A stretch of 64,000 bases of DNA, taken from the NCBI GenBank assembly GCA_000989305.1, contig LBTB01000002.1, positions 40,411 through 104,410 on the forward strand, written 5' to 3'. The number at the start of each line of letters is the position of its first letter. Position 1 is the stretch's first letter. The DNA is from Candidatus Shapirobacteria bacterium GW2011_GWF2_37_20 (GTDB lineage Bacteria; Patescibacteriota; Microgenomatia; UBA12405). The notes under the pieces were generated by a model. That model did no database searches, had not been told where the DNA came from, and saw only the letters and a list, made by a program, of their open reading frames with translations. Both the position numbers and the translations under genes were made by a program. Positions 45,989 through 55,452 of this stretch are shown piece by piece.

Positions 45989-46573
45989 CTATTTTTCCCA
46001 ATTATTCAAAATCTTTTCTACCGCCTCAATTGAAAACAATTGATGAATATTTCGATTTTCCCAAACAATAGCTTCTTTGTATTCTTCATCCGAATAGGGG
46101 ACTAATCCTAACTTTTTCGTCAAATCATCAGGATCATTCTTTCCGGTCCCCGATTCAATTTCAAAAGTATAATAATCATCTGTATATTTTGACAACTTTA
46201 CCTCAAAGTCTTCAAAATCAAATTCCCAGCTCTCCCATTGATAAATCATTCCCTTGCCTAAACCCAACCTGACAAACATTTTTATTGTTTCCAGTATCTG
46301 TCCCTCTTCCAATTTTATATCCAGCTCCTCTCTTTCTTTATCATTAAAGTTCCCCATTTTAGCGCTAATTTTTTCTTTACTTCCTGATTTCTTTATTCTC
46401 AAATCAACCCCACTCACATTCTGCCAACTTCTGTCCACCTCATTAAATCCCGGCGAGATATCCACCGACAATCTCTTGTAACAATCCTTTAGACTGGCAT
46501 CTTTATTCATCAATGCCATCACTTCGTTAAACTTTTCTTTAGTTATTTTCCCTCTTATTTCTATTTCCGTCAT
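45989..46573 (-). CDS. CYTH-domain protein (triphosphate tunnel metalloenzyme family), putative
   Basis: N-terminal MTEIEIRGKI matches the CYTH ExExK signature. Size (194 aa) and the acidic-residue pattern are consistent. Confidence 0.4.
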   Translation of the reverse strand: MTEIEIRGKITKEKFNEVMALMNKDASLKDCYKRLSVDISPGFNEVDRSWQNVSGVDLRIKKSGSKEKISAKMGNFNDKEREELDIKLEEGQILETIKMFVRLGLGKGMIYQWESWEFDFEDFEVKLSKYTDDYYTFEIESGTGKNDPDDLTKKLGLVPYSDEEYKEAIVWENRNIHQLFSIEAVEKILNNWEK

Positions 46574-46590
46574 ATATATTTTTTGACCAC

Positions 46591-46839
46591 TTAATCAATA
46601 ACTTCTTCATCACCATCACCAATTCCATCATCAAAAGTTACTTTTCGGGGTTTTAATATACAATTTTCACCGGTAATCTCACACCTATTGTCTCTTCCCA
46701 TTCTTCCACATAATTCCACCATTTCCACTCTTGCTCTTATTGTATTACCCGGCTTCCCCGTGTCAACACTGCCTATTCTCGTTAAAACATCGTTGCCCTG
46801 ACATACAATTGGTATTTCTACAAACATAATCTTTGTCAA
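46591..46839 (-). CDS. hypothetical small protein (82 aa)
   Basis: ORF 17 nt downstream of the CYTH gene stop on the same strand. No motif recognised. Acidic C-terminus. Confidence 0.25.
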   Translation of the reverse strand: MTKIMFVEIPIVCQGNDVLTRIGSVDTGKPGNTIRARVEMVELCGRMGRDNRCEITGENCILKPRKVTFDDGIGDGDEEVID

Positions 46840-46866
46840 TTTTAGCAGATGATTCTATAATTAATT

Positions 46867-47883
46867 ATGTCAAAAAACTTTAATAACTCTCAGGTTTTTG
46901 AATATTTGACAAATATCGCCACTGCCTACGAAATAAAAAACAAAGGTCGTTTTCGAATTGTAGCTTACGAAAACGCCGCCGACACCGCCCTCACCTATCC
47001 CGAAAATTTGTATGAACTCTGGCGAAAAAATCCAAACAGTCTCGATTCAATCCCCAACATCGGTCCTTCAATCCTAAAAAAAATTGATTATCTATTCCGC
47101 TATCAAAAACCTTACCCCAAACTTAAAATTATATTTAAAAATATTCATCCCGCCGTTTTTACCTTCACTAAAATTAACGGTATAGGTCCCCTAATTGCCC
47201 ACAAACTTACTCAAACTTTAAAGTTTTCAAAAAATCCCACCAAAGCCCTGGATCAACTAATTTCCTATTGCCAAAAAGGAAAAATAAAAAATATTCCCTC
47301 CTTTGGCGAGAAATCTGAGGAATCAATTTTAAACAACACTTTATCTTTTCTTGGCCGCCAGAGCCGTATGCCTTTAAAAAAGGCTCAAATATTGGCTGAT
47401 AAAATTATTCAGTATCTCCATCACCGTTTCCCAAATATTGAATTTATTCCCCTAGGTTCTCTTCGCCGCCAATCAGATAGCGTCGGCGACATTGACATTG
47501 CCGCCGCCGCTGTAAATTCTCAAGAAATTATCGACTACTTTCTTCAATATCCTGATATTATCCAGGTTATTGCCGAAGGTAAAAACAAAGCCAGTCTCCG
47601 GCTACTCCATGATATCCACGTCGATTTAATGATAAAACCACCTTCTTCCTTTGGCTCCCTACTTCAACACTTTACCGGTTCCCGTCAACACAACATTCTT
47701 CTTCGCCGTCACGCCCTAAAACTTGGCTATTCTGTATCAGAATACGGAATTAAAGACCTAAAAACCGGCATTATCCATCAATTCGACAATGAAAAAAAAT
47801 TTTATAACTTCCTTCATCTAAAATATATTCCGCCCAAAGACAGGCTGGGGGAACTTGAACTAGAAAAGTTTAAAATGCTATAA
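46867..47883 (+). CDS. DNA polymerase X family (Pol beta-like) nucleotidyltransferase, no PHP domain
   Basis: N-terminal 8-kDa/fingers pattern (FRIVAYENAADT...IPNIGPSILKKI) and the NTase motif GSLRRQSDSVGDIDIAAA (GS-x-RR...GD[IV]D). Confidence 0.7.
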   Translation: MSKNFNNSQVFEYLTNIATAYEIKNKGRFRIVAYENAADTALTYPENLYELWRKNPNSLDSIPNIGPSILKKIDYLFRYQKPYPKLKIIFKNIHPAVFTFTKINGIGPLIAHKLTQTLKFSKNPTKALDQLISYCQKGKIKNIPSFGEKSEESILNNTLSFLGRQSRMPLKKAQILADKIIQYLHHRFPNIEFIPLGSLRRQSDSVGDIDIAAAAVNSQEIIDYFLQYPDIIQVIAEGKNKASLRLLHDIHVDLMIKPPSSFGSLLQHFTGSRQHNILLRRHALKLGYSVSEYGIKDLKTGIIHQFDNEKKFYNFLHLKYIPPKDRLGELELEKFKML

Positions 47884-47890
47884 TTAATCC

Positions 47891-48472
47891 ATGATTATAC
47901 CTATCATTGTAATAGCCGCAATTGTTTTCTATTTAATTGCCTTTTTTAATGGCCTAAGAACTACTGAGGTCCAAATTGGTGCCGCCATTCAGGAGATCGG
48001 CAACCAACTAAAACGTCAAAGTCAACTCATCCCTAATCTTATTGAATCCGTAAAAGGTTACATGAAACACGAAAAAGGCATTTTTGAAGATTTAACTTCT
48101 GCCAGAAAAATGATTGACCAAGCCATTGCCTCACAGGATCCTAAATCTATTGACGCCGCTCAAGCCCTGTTAACTAAAACCATGGGCTCCATTAGAGTTA
48201 TCGCTGAATCAAATCCTCAAATTCAAGCTTCGAATTTAGTCGGCAATATGATGGAAGAACTTCGTGATACTGCCGATAAAATTATGTATGCCCGACGTAC
48301 CTTTATCGACCTCTCTGCTGATTTTAACGTCAAAATTAGCACTATTCCCGGAGTCTGGTTAGCCCCTCTTTTTGGTTTTAAGAAAAAATCCGGCTTAGAA
48401 ACTCCTCAAGATAGTCATATTACCTCTGTTTCTGAAGGCGAAACCAAAAATCCTGAAGTCAAGCTCAATTAA
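47891..48472 (+). CDS. lemA: LemA-family membrane protein
   Basis: N-terminal TM and FNGLRTTEVQIGAAIQEIGNQLKRQSQLIPNLIESVKGYMKHEKG (LemA signature ...RR.DLIPNLV..VKGY..HE). Confidence 0.75.
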   Translation: MIIPIIVIAAIVFYLIAFFNGLRTTEVQIGAAIQEIGNQLKRQSQLIPNLIESVKGYMKHEKGIFEDLTSARKMIDQAIASQDPKSIDAAQALLTKTMGSIRVIAESNPQIQASNLVGNMMEELRDTADKIMYARRTFIDLSADFNVKISTIPGVWLAPLFGFKKKSGLETPQDSHITSVSEGETKNPEVKLN

Positions 48473-48486
48473 TTTTTTCTTTTTCT

Positions 48487-49371
48487 ATGTCTAATTTTTA
48501 TCAACAAGTTAACAGTAATCGCTGGCGCTCTGGATTTATCATTGCCCTGTTTGTTCTTTTTATCATTGGAGCCGGTTACGTTCTCAGCTATTCTTTTGAC
48601 AGTCAATATTTTTTACCCATTGCTATCGCTTATTCAGGCATTTCCGCCTTTGGAAGTTATTTTTTAGGGGACAAAATTGTTTTAGCCTTAAACAAGGCTG
48701 TTCCGGCCACCCGTAAAAAATATTTTGACTTCTATACTGTGACTGAAAACCTGAGCTTAGTAGCCAAAATCCCGGCTCCCAAAATATATGTCATTGAAAC
48801 CGAAGCTATGAATGCCTTTGCCACCGGCCGTAACCCCCAACACGCTGTTGTCTGCGCCACCACCGGTCTGTTAAACAAACTTAACCGAACCGAATTAGAA
48901 GGTGTCATCGCCCACGAACTTTCCCATATTAAAAATTATGACATTCTTCTTATGACTGTTGTTTCCGTTCTCATCGGCACCCTCTCAATCTTAATCAACC
49001 TAACCAGCCGAAGAATGTTTTTTGGAGGAGGGGATAACCGCGACCGAAATAATAGCTCTGGAATCTTTGCTGTCATTGGTATTGCCATGATTATTTTTGC
49101 CCCCCTAATCGCCCAATTAATTCAATTAGCTATTTCCCGCCGTCGTGAATATTTTGCCGATGCTTCAAGTGTTTCATTTACCCGTCAACCCTCTGGTCTT
49201 ATTAGTGCTTTACAAAAAATTAATGCTGACCCCACTCCTTTTGCCCAAGCATCAACCGCCACCGCATCACTATATATTTCCAATCCTTTCAAAGGCAAAA
49301 AATTTGCCTCCATGTTCTCAACCCACCCCCCTGTTGAAGACCGTATTCGTGCCCTGGAAACCATGATGTAA
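48487..49371 (+). CDS. htpX: M48-family zinc metalloprotease HtpX
   Basis: Four TM segments, HEXXH as AHELSHIKNYD and the downstream EYFADASS (third zinc ligand region). Confidence 0.8.
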   Translation: MSNFYQQVNSNRWRSGFIIALFVLFIIGAGYVLSYSFDSQYFLPIAIAYSGISAFGSYFLGDKIVLALNKAVPATRKKYFDFYTVTENLSLVAKIPAPKIYVIETEAMNAFATGRNPQHAVVCATTGLLNKLNRTELEGVIAHELSHIKNYDILLMTVVSVLIGTLSILINLTSRRMFFGGGDNRDRNNSSGIFAVIGIAMIIFAPLIAQLIQLAISRRREYFADASSVSFTRQPSGLISALQKINADPTPFAQASTATASLYISNPFKGKKFASMFSTHPPVEDRIRALETMM

Positions 49372-49389
49372 TCTGATATACTCCAAATT

Positions 49390-49857
49390 GTGTACCAAAA
49401 AGAGCTCGAACCCAGAATTAAAAAAATTCTTCATGCCACCACCCTTGCTACAGTCACCAGCATTTTAGTCAGTATGGAAAACGTAAAACTTGTGGCGCCA
49501 ATACCTGGAAACGATTGGGAATTATGTAGCAATCTAACTCAAGAAGGTTTCAATCAAATCGTTGATGCTACCCGACTCGGTCTCACCCATCTTCTGAAAC
49601 AGGCCAGAATAAACTTGCCCTCATATATACAAATTAATGAAAATGTTATCGCCAACTCATTGGTTGAGGATGCCGGATTACCTCTGATTAGAAAGATTGA
49701 AAATCAGGAAATTGAAATTAAATTCGTCGGTCCTCAACCACTAATAAAACAACTTAATTCATATCTTGATCCTCAAAAATATCATGCCACGCAGATCAGA
49801 CGCATGGAACTTAACCCCATCGCACTCGTTTTTGAATCTCCAGATCACCTTAACTAG
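49390..49857 (+). CDS. hypothetical protein
   Basis: 155-aa ORF in a tight gap between htpX and dnaE. No motif recognised. Confidence 0.3.
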   Translation: MYQKELEPRIKKILHATTLATVTSILVSMENVKLVAPIPGNDWELCSNLTQEGFNQIVDATRLGLTHLLKQARINLPSYIQINENVIANSLVEDAGLPLIRKIENQEIEIKFVGPQPLIKQLNSYLDPQKYHATQIRRMELNPIALVFESPDHLN

Positions 49858-49962
49858 AAATACTTTACCAACAGTGTAATTACCGCATATTATTAGTACA
49901 ACTTGCTTTTGATTTACTTTATCTACATTGAAAAGTGATCATTAAAAATCAATAATTAAGTA

Positions 49963-52900
49963 ATGTCTTTTGTTCACCTTCATCTTCACACCGAATACTC
50001 ACTTCTGGACGGACTCTCCAAAATTAAAAAACTTGTTAATTTAATTAAAGAACAAGGAGGCAACGCCGTTGCCATAACCGATCATGGAAACATGTATGGC
50101 GCCATCGAATTTTATAAAGCCTGTCAAAAAGCAGACATAAAACCCATTATTGGCTGTGAAATTTATACCTGCATCGGACATCGTAGCGAAAAAACTTCTC
50201 AAAACCGCAAAAACAACCACCTAATTCTTCTGGTCAAAGACACTCAGGGTTATAAAAATTTAATGAAACTTGTCAGTATCGGCCATCAAGAAGGCTTTTA
50301 CTACAAACCCCGCATTGACTGGGAAAGTTTGGAAAAATACCACGAGGGTTTAATTTGCCTCAGTGGCTGCGCCGCCGGCGAAGTATCTCAATACCTCATC
50401 AACGGCGAATACAAGAAAGCTAAAGGTACCGCCAAAAAATACCAGGATCTTTTCGGAGAAGACTATTATTTGGAAATCCAACGCCATCCCGGACTTGAAG
50501 AGTTTGACAAAGCCAATGAGGGCCTTATTAAAATTAGCCGGGAATTAGGCATTCCTCTCGTTGCTACAAATGACAGTCATTATCTGAAAAAAGAAGACGC
50601 CTTTGCTCAAGACGTTCTGGTAATGATCAACACCCAGACCAATATCAACACTCCCAACCGTCTAAGTATGGCCAATACTCCCGATTTTTATGTTAAAAGT
50701 CCTCAGGAGATGGAAGAACAGTTTTCTGATTATCCTGAGTCTATAGAAAATACTCAAAAAATTGCCGATAAATGTAATCTTCATCTCGAGTTAGGAAAAT
50801 GGTATTTCCCAAAATTTAAACTTCCAGAAGGTAAAACAGCCGAAGAGGCTTTAACCGAAATGGTTTATAGAACCGCCAAAGAGTATTACGGCAAATTAAA
50901 TTCAGAAGTAAAAGAAAGACTTGAATATGAATTGGATCTAATTTGTACCAAAGGTTATGCCTCATATTTTTTGATCATGCACGACTTTATTGTTTGGTGT
51001 GAACAAAACGACACTCCCACCAACACTCGTGGAAGCGCTGGTGGTTCCCTGGTTTCTTTTGTTTTGGGTATTGTTACTGTAGATCCATTAACTTATGGCC
51101 TTCCTTTCGAACGTTTTTTAAACAAAGACCGCCCCTCTCCCCCTGATATCGACCTTGATATTGCCGATGATCAACGCCAACAAATGCTTTTTCACATCAT
51201 CGAACAATATGGCCACAAATCCTTTGCTCAAATTTGTACTTTTGGAAGAATGATGGCTCGGGGTGCAGTCCGCGATACCGCCAGAGCCCTCGGTTACGAG
51301 TATGCCACCGGCGACAGAATCAGCAAATTAATTCCCATGGGTTCACAAGGCTTCCCCATGAGTATCGATAAGGCTCTCGACACTACCCCCGAATTAAACC
51401 AACTTTATAAAACCGATGCTGATGCTAAAAAAATTATTGATACCGCCAAGCAAATTGAAGGTTGCGCCCGACATATTTCTGTTCATGCCTGTGCTATCGT
51501 GATTTCTCCTACCAGTATCAATGAATTTTCACCCACTCAAGTTGAAGCCGGAGGCGAAAAACCAATCACTCAATATGAAATGCACGCCTGTGAAGATGTT
51601 GGCTTAATAAAATTCGACATTCTCGGAATTAGGAATTTATCTTTCTTGCGCCAGGCCGTCATTAATGTCCGTAAAACCAAAAACATTGACATAAATCTTA
51701 GAAAATTACCCCTCGATAATCCAAAAACATTTGAAATGCTCTCCCGGGGCGACACCATGGGTGTATTTCAATTGGGCGGTGAGGGGATGACTAAATGGTT
51801 AAAAGAACTAAAACCAAATCGGGTTGAAGATTTAATGGCCATGGTAGCTCTTTATCGCCCTGGTCCCATGGCAATTATCCCTGAATATATTGCCCGAAAA
51901 AAAGATCCGAGTAAAATCGAATATTTTGATCCCAAAATGGAAAAGTTCTTGAAAAATTCTTACGGCCTTTTGGTTTATCAAGATGATTGTTTGTACACCG
52001 CTATCGAACTTGCCGGTTATAACTGGACCGAAGTTGACAAATTTAGAAAAGCCATTGGTAAAAAAATTCCCGAAGAAATGGCGGCTCAAAAAGAAAAATT
52101 TATCGACGGTTGCATTAAAAATGGCTATACCAAGAAAAAAGCTGAAGAAATTTTTAAACTAATTGAACCCTTCACCTCCTATGGTTTCAACAAAGCCCAC
52201 GCCGCTTCATATGGCATGTTGGCCTATCGAACCGCCTACATGAAAGCCAACTATCCCGTGGAATATATGTGCGCCCTCTTAACTGCCGAATCCGGAGATA
52301 TTGAAAAAATTAGCGCTGGTATCGAGGAATGCCGAAATTTAGGCATTATAGTCTCATCACCCGACATAAACACCTCCCACAAGGCTTTCGAATTTGAAAA
52401 AAATGAGACCTCACTTGGTGGTTTATCTATTCGGGTCGGTTTATCTGCTATCAAAAATGTCGGAGATATCGCCATTGATTTAATCATCAAAGAACGGGAC
52501 GAAAATGGACCTTTTAAATCTTTCAATGATTTCTGCCTTCGGGTTAATAGTCAAAAAGTAAATAAAAAAGTCATTGAAAGTCTGGTTAAAGTTGGCGCCT
52601 TTGATCAGTTTGGGGAAAGAAATGCCATATTAGCCGCCATCGACGAAATTAGAAACAAATGTAGCAAACAAAATGACAATAAAAACTCCGGACAATCCGG
52701 ACTTTTTGATACTTCTGACAACACCACTTTAATTCCACAGGACATTTTTCCCGAGGTTACTCCCATGCCTGAAAAAGAAAAATTAGCCCAGGAAAAAATG
52801 CTTTTAGGAATTTACGTTACTGAAAACCCAACCAGTAAAATTTTAGATCCGTTTCGCGAAGCAAGTCTGCCAAAAATTAACGAAATTTTAAACAAAAATG

Positions 52901-53364
52901 GCAACGAAACAGTAAAATTTGCCGCCGTTCTTCATAAATTTAAAGTAATCCACACTAAAAAAAATAATGCCGCCATGGCTTTTCTCACTTTCGATGATGG
53001 CACCGGCCAGATTGAAGGAGTTATCTTCCCCCAAGCCTTTGAAACCTATAAAAACATCATTGAAGAAAATAGGGGACTCTACATCGAAGGTAAAATCTCA
53101 ATTCGCGACGATAACAAATCTGTCCTAGTTGATTCTCTTTCTGAAACTCTTCCCAAAAATATTAAAAAATACGACTTTATTATCGATGTTCCCGCAGGCA
53201 CTACCCAAGCTCAATTAATGGAACTAAATCAACTCTTAAAAAATCACCAAAATGGCCACCGTGGCCTTATCATCCTACCCAACGGTAAACAAATAACCCT
53301 TTCTTATGGCGTAAATTACAACCCCTCTCTTCAAGAAAAAATTAGCCAAATATTAACTAAATAG
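49963..53364 (+). CDS. dnaE: DNA polymerase III alpha subunit
   Basis: PHP domain start MSFVHLHLHTEYSLLDG. Pol IIIalpha palm/fingers (YASYFLIMHDFIVWC..., GPMAIIPEYIARK) and an OB-fold C-terminus. 1133 aa. Confidence 0.9.
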   Translation: MSFVHLHLHTEYSLLDGLSKIKKLVNLIKEQGGNAVAITDHGNMYGAIEFYKACQKADIKPIIGCEIYTCIGHRSEKTSQNRKNNHLILLVKDTQGYKNLMKLVSIGHQEGFYYKPRIDWESLEKYHEGLICLSGCAAGEVSQYLINGEYKKAKGTAKKYQDLFGEDYYLEIQRHPGLEEFDKANEGLIKISRELGIPLVATNDSHYLKKEDAFAQDVLVMINTQTNINTPNRLSMANTPDFYVKSPQEMEEQFSDYPESIENTQKIADKCNLHLELGKWYFPKFKLPEGKTAEEALTEMVYRTAKEYYGKLNSEVKERLEYELDLICTKGYASYFLIMHDFIVWCEQNDTPTNTRGSAGGSLVSFVLGIVTVDPLTYGLPFERFLNKDRPSPPDIDLDIADDQRQQMLFHIIEQYGHKSFAQICTFGRMMARGAVRDTARALGYEYATGDRISKLIPMGSQGFPMSIDKALDTTPELNQLYKTDADAKKIIDTAKQIEGCARHISVHACAIVISPTSINEFSPTQVEAGGEKPITQYEMHACEDVGLIKFDILGIRNLSFLRQAVINVRKTKNIDINLRKLPLDNPKTFEMLSRGDTMGVFQLGGEGMTKWLKELKPNRVEDLMAMVALYRPGPMAIIPEYIARKKDPSKIEYFDPKMEKFLKNSYGLLVYQDDCLYTAIELAGYNWTEVDKFRKAIGKKIPEEMAAQKEKFIDGCIKNGYTKKKAEEIFKLIEPFTSYGFNKAHAASYGMLAYRTAYMKANYPVEYMCALLTAESGDIEKISAGIEECRNLGIIVSSPDINTSHKAFEFEKNETSLGGLSIRVGLSAIKNVGDIAIDLIIKERDENGPFKSFNDFCLRVNSQKVNKKVIESLVKVGAFDQFGERNAILAAIDEIRNKCSKQNDNKNSGQSGLFDTSDNTTLIPQDIFPEVTPMPEKEKLAQEKMLLGIYVTENPTSKILDPFREASLPKINEILNKNGNETVKFAAVLHKFKVIHTKKNNAAMAFLTFDDGTGQIEGVIFPQAFETYKNIIEENRGLYIEGKISIRDDNKSVLVDSLSETLPKNIKKYDFIIDVPAGTTQAQLMELNQLLKNHQNGHRGLIILPNGKQITLSYGVNYNPSLQEKISQILTK

Positions 53365-53560
53365 GTCGTATATATTTTATTGATCTCTCGCAATTACGTG
53401 AGATAATCTCCCCACAATTGGAAAGACAAAACACTTTCCAATATTCTGTTGGATCAGGGTGTCCTCTTAAAATTATTTTATTTCTTACACCTATTCCAAC
53501 TTCACACCCCACACATACTTGTGGATTTGTAGAATATTTACAATATTTTTCTTCTGTCAT
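53357..53560 (-). CDS. hypothetical Cys-rich small protein (possible zinc ribbon); doubtful
   Basis: CVGCE...CLSNCGE spacing. Overlaps the dnaE 3' end by 8 nt on the opposite strand. No SD seen. Confidence 0.2.
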   Translation of the reverse strand: MTEEKYCKYSTNPQVCVGCEVGIGVRNKIILRGHPDPTEYWKVFCLSNCGEIISRNCERSIKYIRPI

Positions 53561-53882
53561 ATTTTTAAAATATTAATTTTGGCAAAAAAAATCCCCAATG
53601 AAATTCATGAGAACTTAATTCAACTCAAATACTAAAATTTAGACTAAAAGGTTTGAAAAAGGCCGCGAATTACACGTGCCTTTTCAACCCGTCTGGGTTT
53701 ATAGGGAGACAACCACGACGCGCACACTACTTTCTCCCTATTTGTCCCCGAGGAAGACACCGGATACTCACATTCGTGTAATTCTGTAGAGTTTTTTATT
53801 TTTTCACCTTCTCCTCTAACTATTATCCCATTAAATAATAATTCCACTATAATTTCACCTCCAATTATAAATATTTAAAAAC

Positions 53883-54215
53883 CTACGTTTTTTGTCCATT
53901 GTTTGTTTTTTTGCTTCTAGTATTCCTTCTTTCAATCGTCTTATTTAACCAAATATTTTCTTTTGTATTTTCCGGAAGAGAATCGACCCCCAAGTCCTTA
54001 CATTTTCGTTCATACATATATGCAGCTTCCTGAAAATCTTCATCAATGTCTCCAGACTTAACCTCATTAACTGCAGTACTTATTAAATTAAGTTGAATTC
54101 GACTTAATTCCTCTCTACTAATCAGACCCATATTAATTCTAGTTCTTATGACAAGTAGTTCCTCTCTACTGTAATATTTTTCTCTTCCCTCTCTTTCTAT
54201 CCCATTCACTACCAT
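53883..54215 (-). CDS. hypothetical protein (110 aa)
   Basis: Strong RBS GGAGGTAGAAG 7 nt before ATG on the minus strand. No motif recognised. Confidence 0.4.
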   Translation of the reverse strand: MVVNGIEREGREKYYSREELLVIRTRINMGLISREELSRIQLNLISTAVNEVKSGDIDEDFQEAAYMYERKCKDLGVDSLPENTKENIWLNKTIERRNTRSKKTNNGQKT

Positions 54216-54266
54216 CTTCTACCTCCATCTAAAAAAAATCCCCTAAACAGGGAATTAAGTAAAGTT

Positions 54267-54290
54267 AAAAAAAAACCGCCCTCCGGCGGC
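54267..54290 (-). terminator. intrinsic terminator on minus strand (CCGCC-GGAG-GGCGG followed by T9)
   Basis: Plus-strand AAAAAAAAACCGCCCTCCGGCGG. The reverse complement gives a GC stem plus 9 U. A second hairpin/T-run (TCCC..GGGA, 54229-54257) follows. Confidence 0.5.
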
Positions 54291-54449
54291 GTAGTATCAA
54301 ATTGTATGTATTTGATGTGACTCATGATATAAATTTTTTTATTTTACCCAAATATATCAAATTATTCCTCTAAATATACCTGTATGTTGATTCACGCCCC
54401 GGATTAATATAAAATACCAAAGTTTCTACTAAAAATTTATTAAAATAAA

Positions 54450-54761
54450 ATGGCTATCAAATTCATGCACCAAGATACAGAATTCCACATTGGGGATACT
54501 GTCAAAGTTAACTACAAAATCAAAGAAAAGGATAAAGAAAGACTTCAGGCTTTTGACGGAATCATTTTAGCCATCACCGGATTAGGGGCCAATAAAAACT
54601 TCTTAGTTGCCAAAAATGCTTCTGACGGCATCAGAGTTGAACGTATTTTCCCAATCAACTCACCTTGGATTGAATCTATTAAAAAGCTTCGCAGTCCTAA
54701 GCGTCTTCTTCATCGTGCTAAACTTTATTTCTTGCGCGAACCCCGCGCCAGATCAATTTAA
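54450..54761 (+). CDS. rplS: 50S ribosomal protein L19
   Basis: GDTVKVNYKIKEKDKERLQAFDGIILAI...GIRVERIFPINSPWIESIKKLRSPKRLLHRAKLYFLREPRARSI matches the L19 pattern (GDTV.V...EG.K.R.Q.F.GVVIA...G..VER.F...SP....I.V.RRG.VRRAKLYYLR). Confidence 0.85.
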   Translation: MAIKFMHQDTEFHIGDTVKVNYKIKEKDKERLQAFDGIILAITGLGANKNFLVAKNASDGIRVERIFPINSPWIESIKKLRSPKRLLHRAKLYFLREPRARSI

Positions 54762-54767
54762 CTATCT

Positions 54768-54839
54768 GGGTCCTTAGCTCAGTGGTAGAGCAGTTGCCTT
54801 TTAAGCAATTGGTCGCGAGTCCGATCCTCGCAGGGCCCA
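54768..54839 (+). tRNA. tRNA-Lys (anticodon TTT), CCA encoded (54840-54842)
   Basis: Acceptor GGGTCCT/AGGGCCC, D-arm GCTC-AGTGGTA-GAGC, anticodon stem GTTGC/GCAAT with loop CTTTTAA, T-arm GCGAG-TCCGATC-CTCGC, discriminator A followed by CCA. Confidence 0.8.
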
Positions 54840-54843
54840 CCAA

Positions 54844-55452
54844 GTGAATCTCTACGGCCTAATCATCGGCATTTCAATCGCTATCGGCATTCAATATTTT
54901 TCCAAAAATAATCGCATTATCCCTAAAAACCGCGAGAGCATGTTCCTTTTTGGTTTACTGATTTCCGGGCTATTTGGAGCCAGAATCTATCATGTCATTG
55001 ATCAGTGGTCCTATTATCAAACTCACCCCTCTCTCATCTTTCAAACCTGGCATGGGGGATTAGCTATCTATGGTGCTCTAATTTTCACGACTCTTTTTAT
55101 TTTTATCTACTCTCTTATATCTAAAATCTCGTTTCTTTCAATCTTAGATTCCATCACTCCCATCTTGCCCTTATGCCAGGCCATCGGTAGAGTTGGTAAC
55201 TTTGTCAATAAAGAAATTCCCACTTGGTGGATTGAAGCCTCATTAAATTTACTTCTTTTCTTTCTCCTAAGAAAATCAAAAACACCTACCTCCCATTATT
55301 TAATTGGTTATGGAATTATTCGTTTTTTTGTTGAATTTCTGCGTAGCGATACCTGGCAAATCAGTAATTTTAAAATTGCCCAAATAATCAGTCTTCTTTG
55401 TATATTCTTGGGGCTACTTACTTTGCATCAGTCTCGTCGAATAAGGAATTAG
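54844..55452 (+). CDS. lgt: prolipoprotein diacylglyceryl transferase Lgt (short form)
   Basis: Polytopic membrane protein. TWHGGLAIYGALI and the Lgt signature AIGRVGNFVNKEIPTWW (R.GNF.N.E). GTG start abuts the tRNA-Lys 3' end. Confidence 0.7.
   Translation: MNLYGLIIGISIAIGIQYFSKNNRIIPKNRESMFLFGLLISGLFGARIYHVIDQWSYYQTHPSLIFQTWHGGLAIYGALIFTTLFIFIYSLISKISFLSILDSITPILPLCQAIGRVGNFVNKEIPTWWIEASLNLLLFFLLRKSKTPTSHYLIGYGIIRFFVEFLRSDTWQISNFKIAQIISLLCIFLGLLTLHQSRRIRN

Noticed and set aside
53644-53847. 67-aa ORF within the GC-rich structured segment
   Set aside because: No RBS. It coincides with strong hairpins, so it is more likely part of an RNA element or a gene remnant.
53640-53860. Tested the GC-rich patch against SRP RNA (GGUCCGGAAGGAAGCAGCC core), tmRNA (GGAUUCGACGGG / GGGUUCGAnUCCC) and RNase P RNA (GAGGAAAGUCCGGGC) signatures
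   Set aside because: Only a loose resemblance (GUCCCCGAGGAAGACACC) to the SRP domain-IV motif, with no compatible helix, and no match to the others. It is not called as a known ncRNA.
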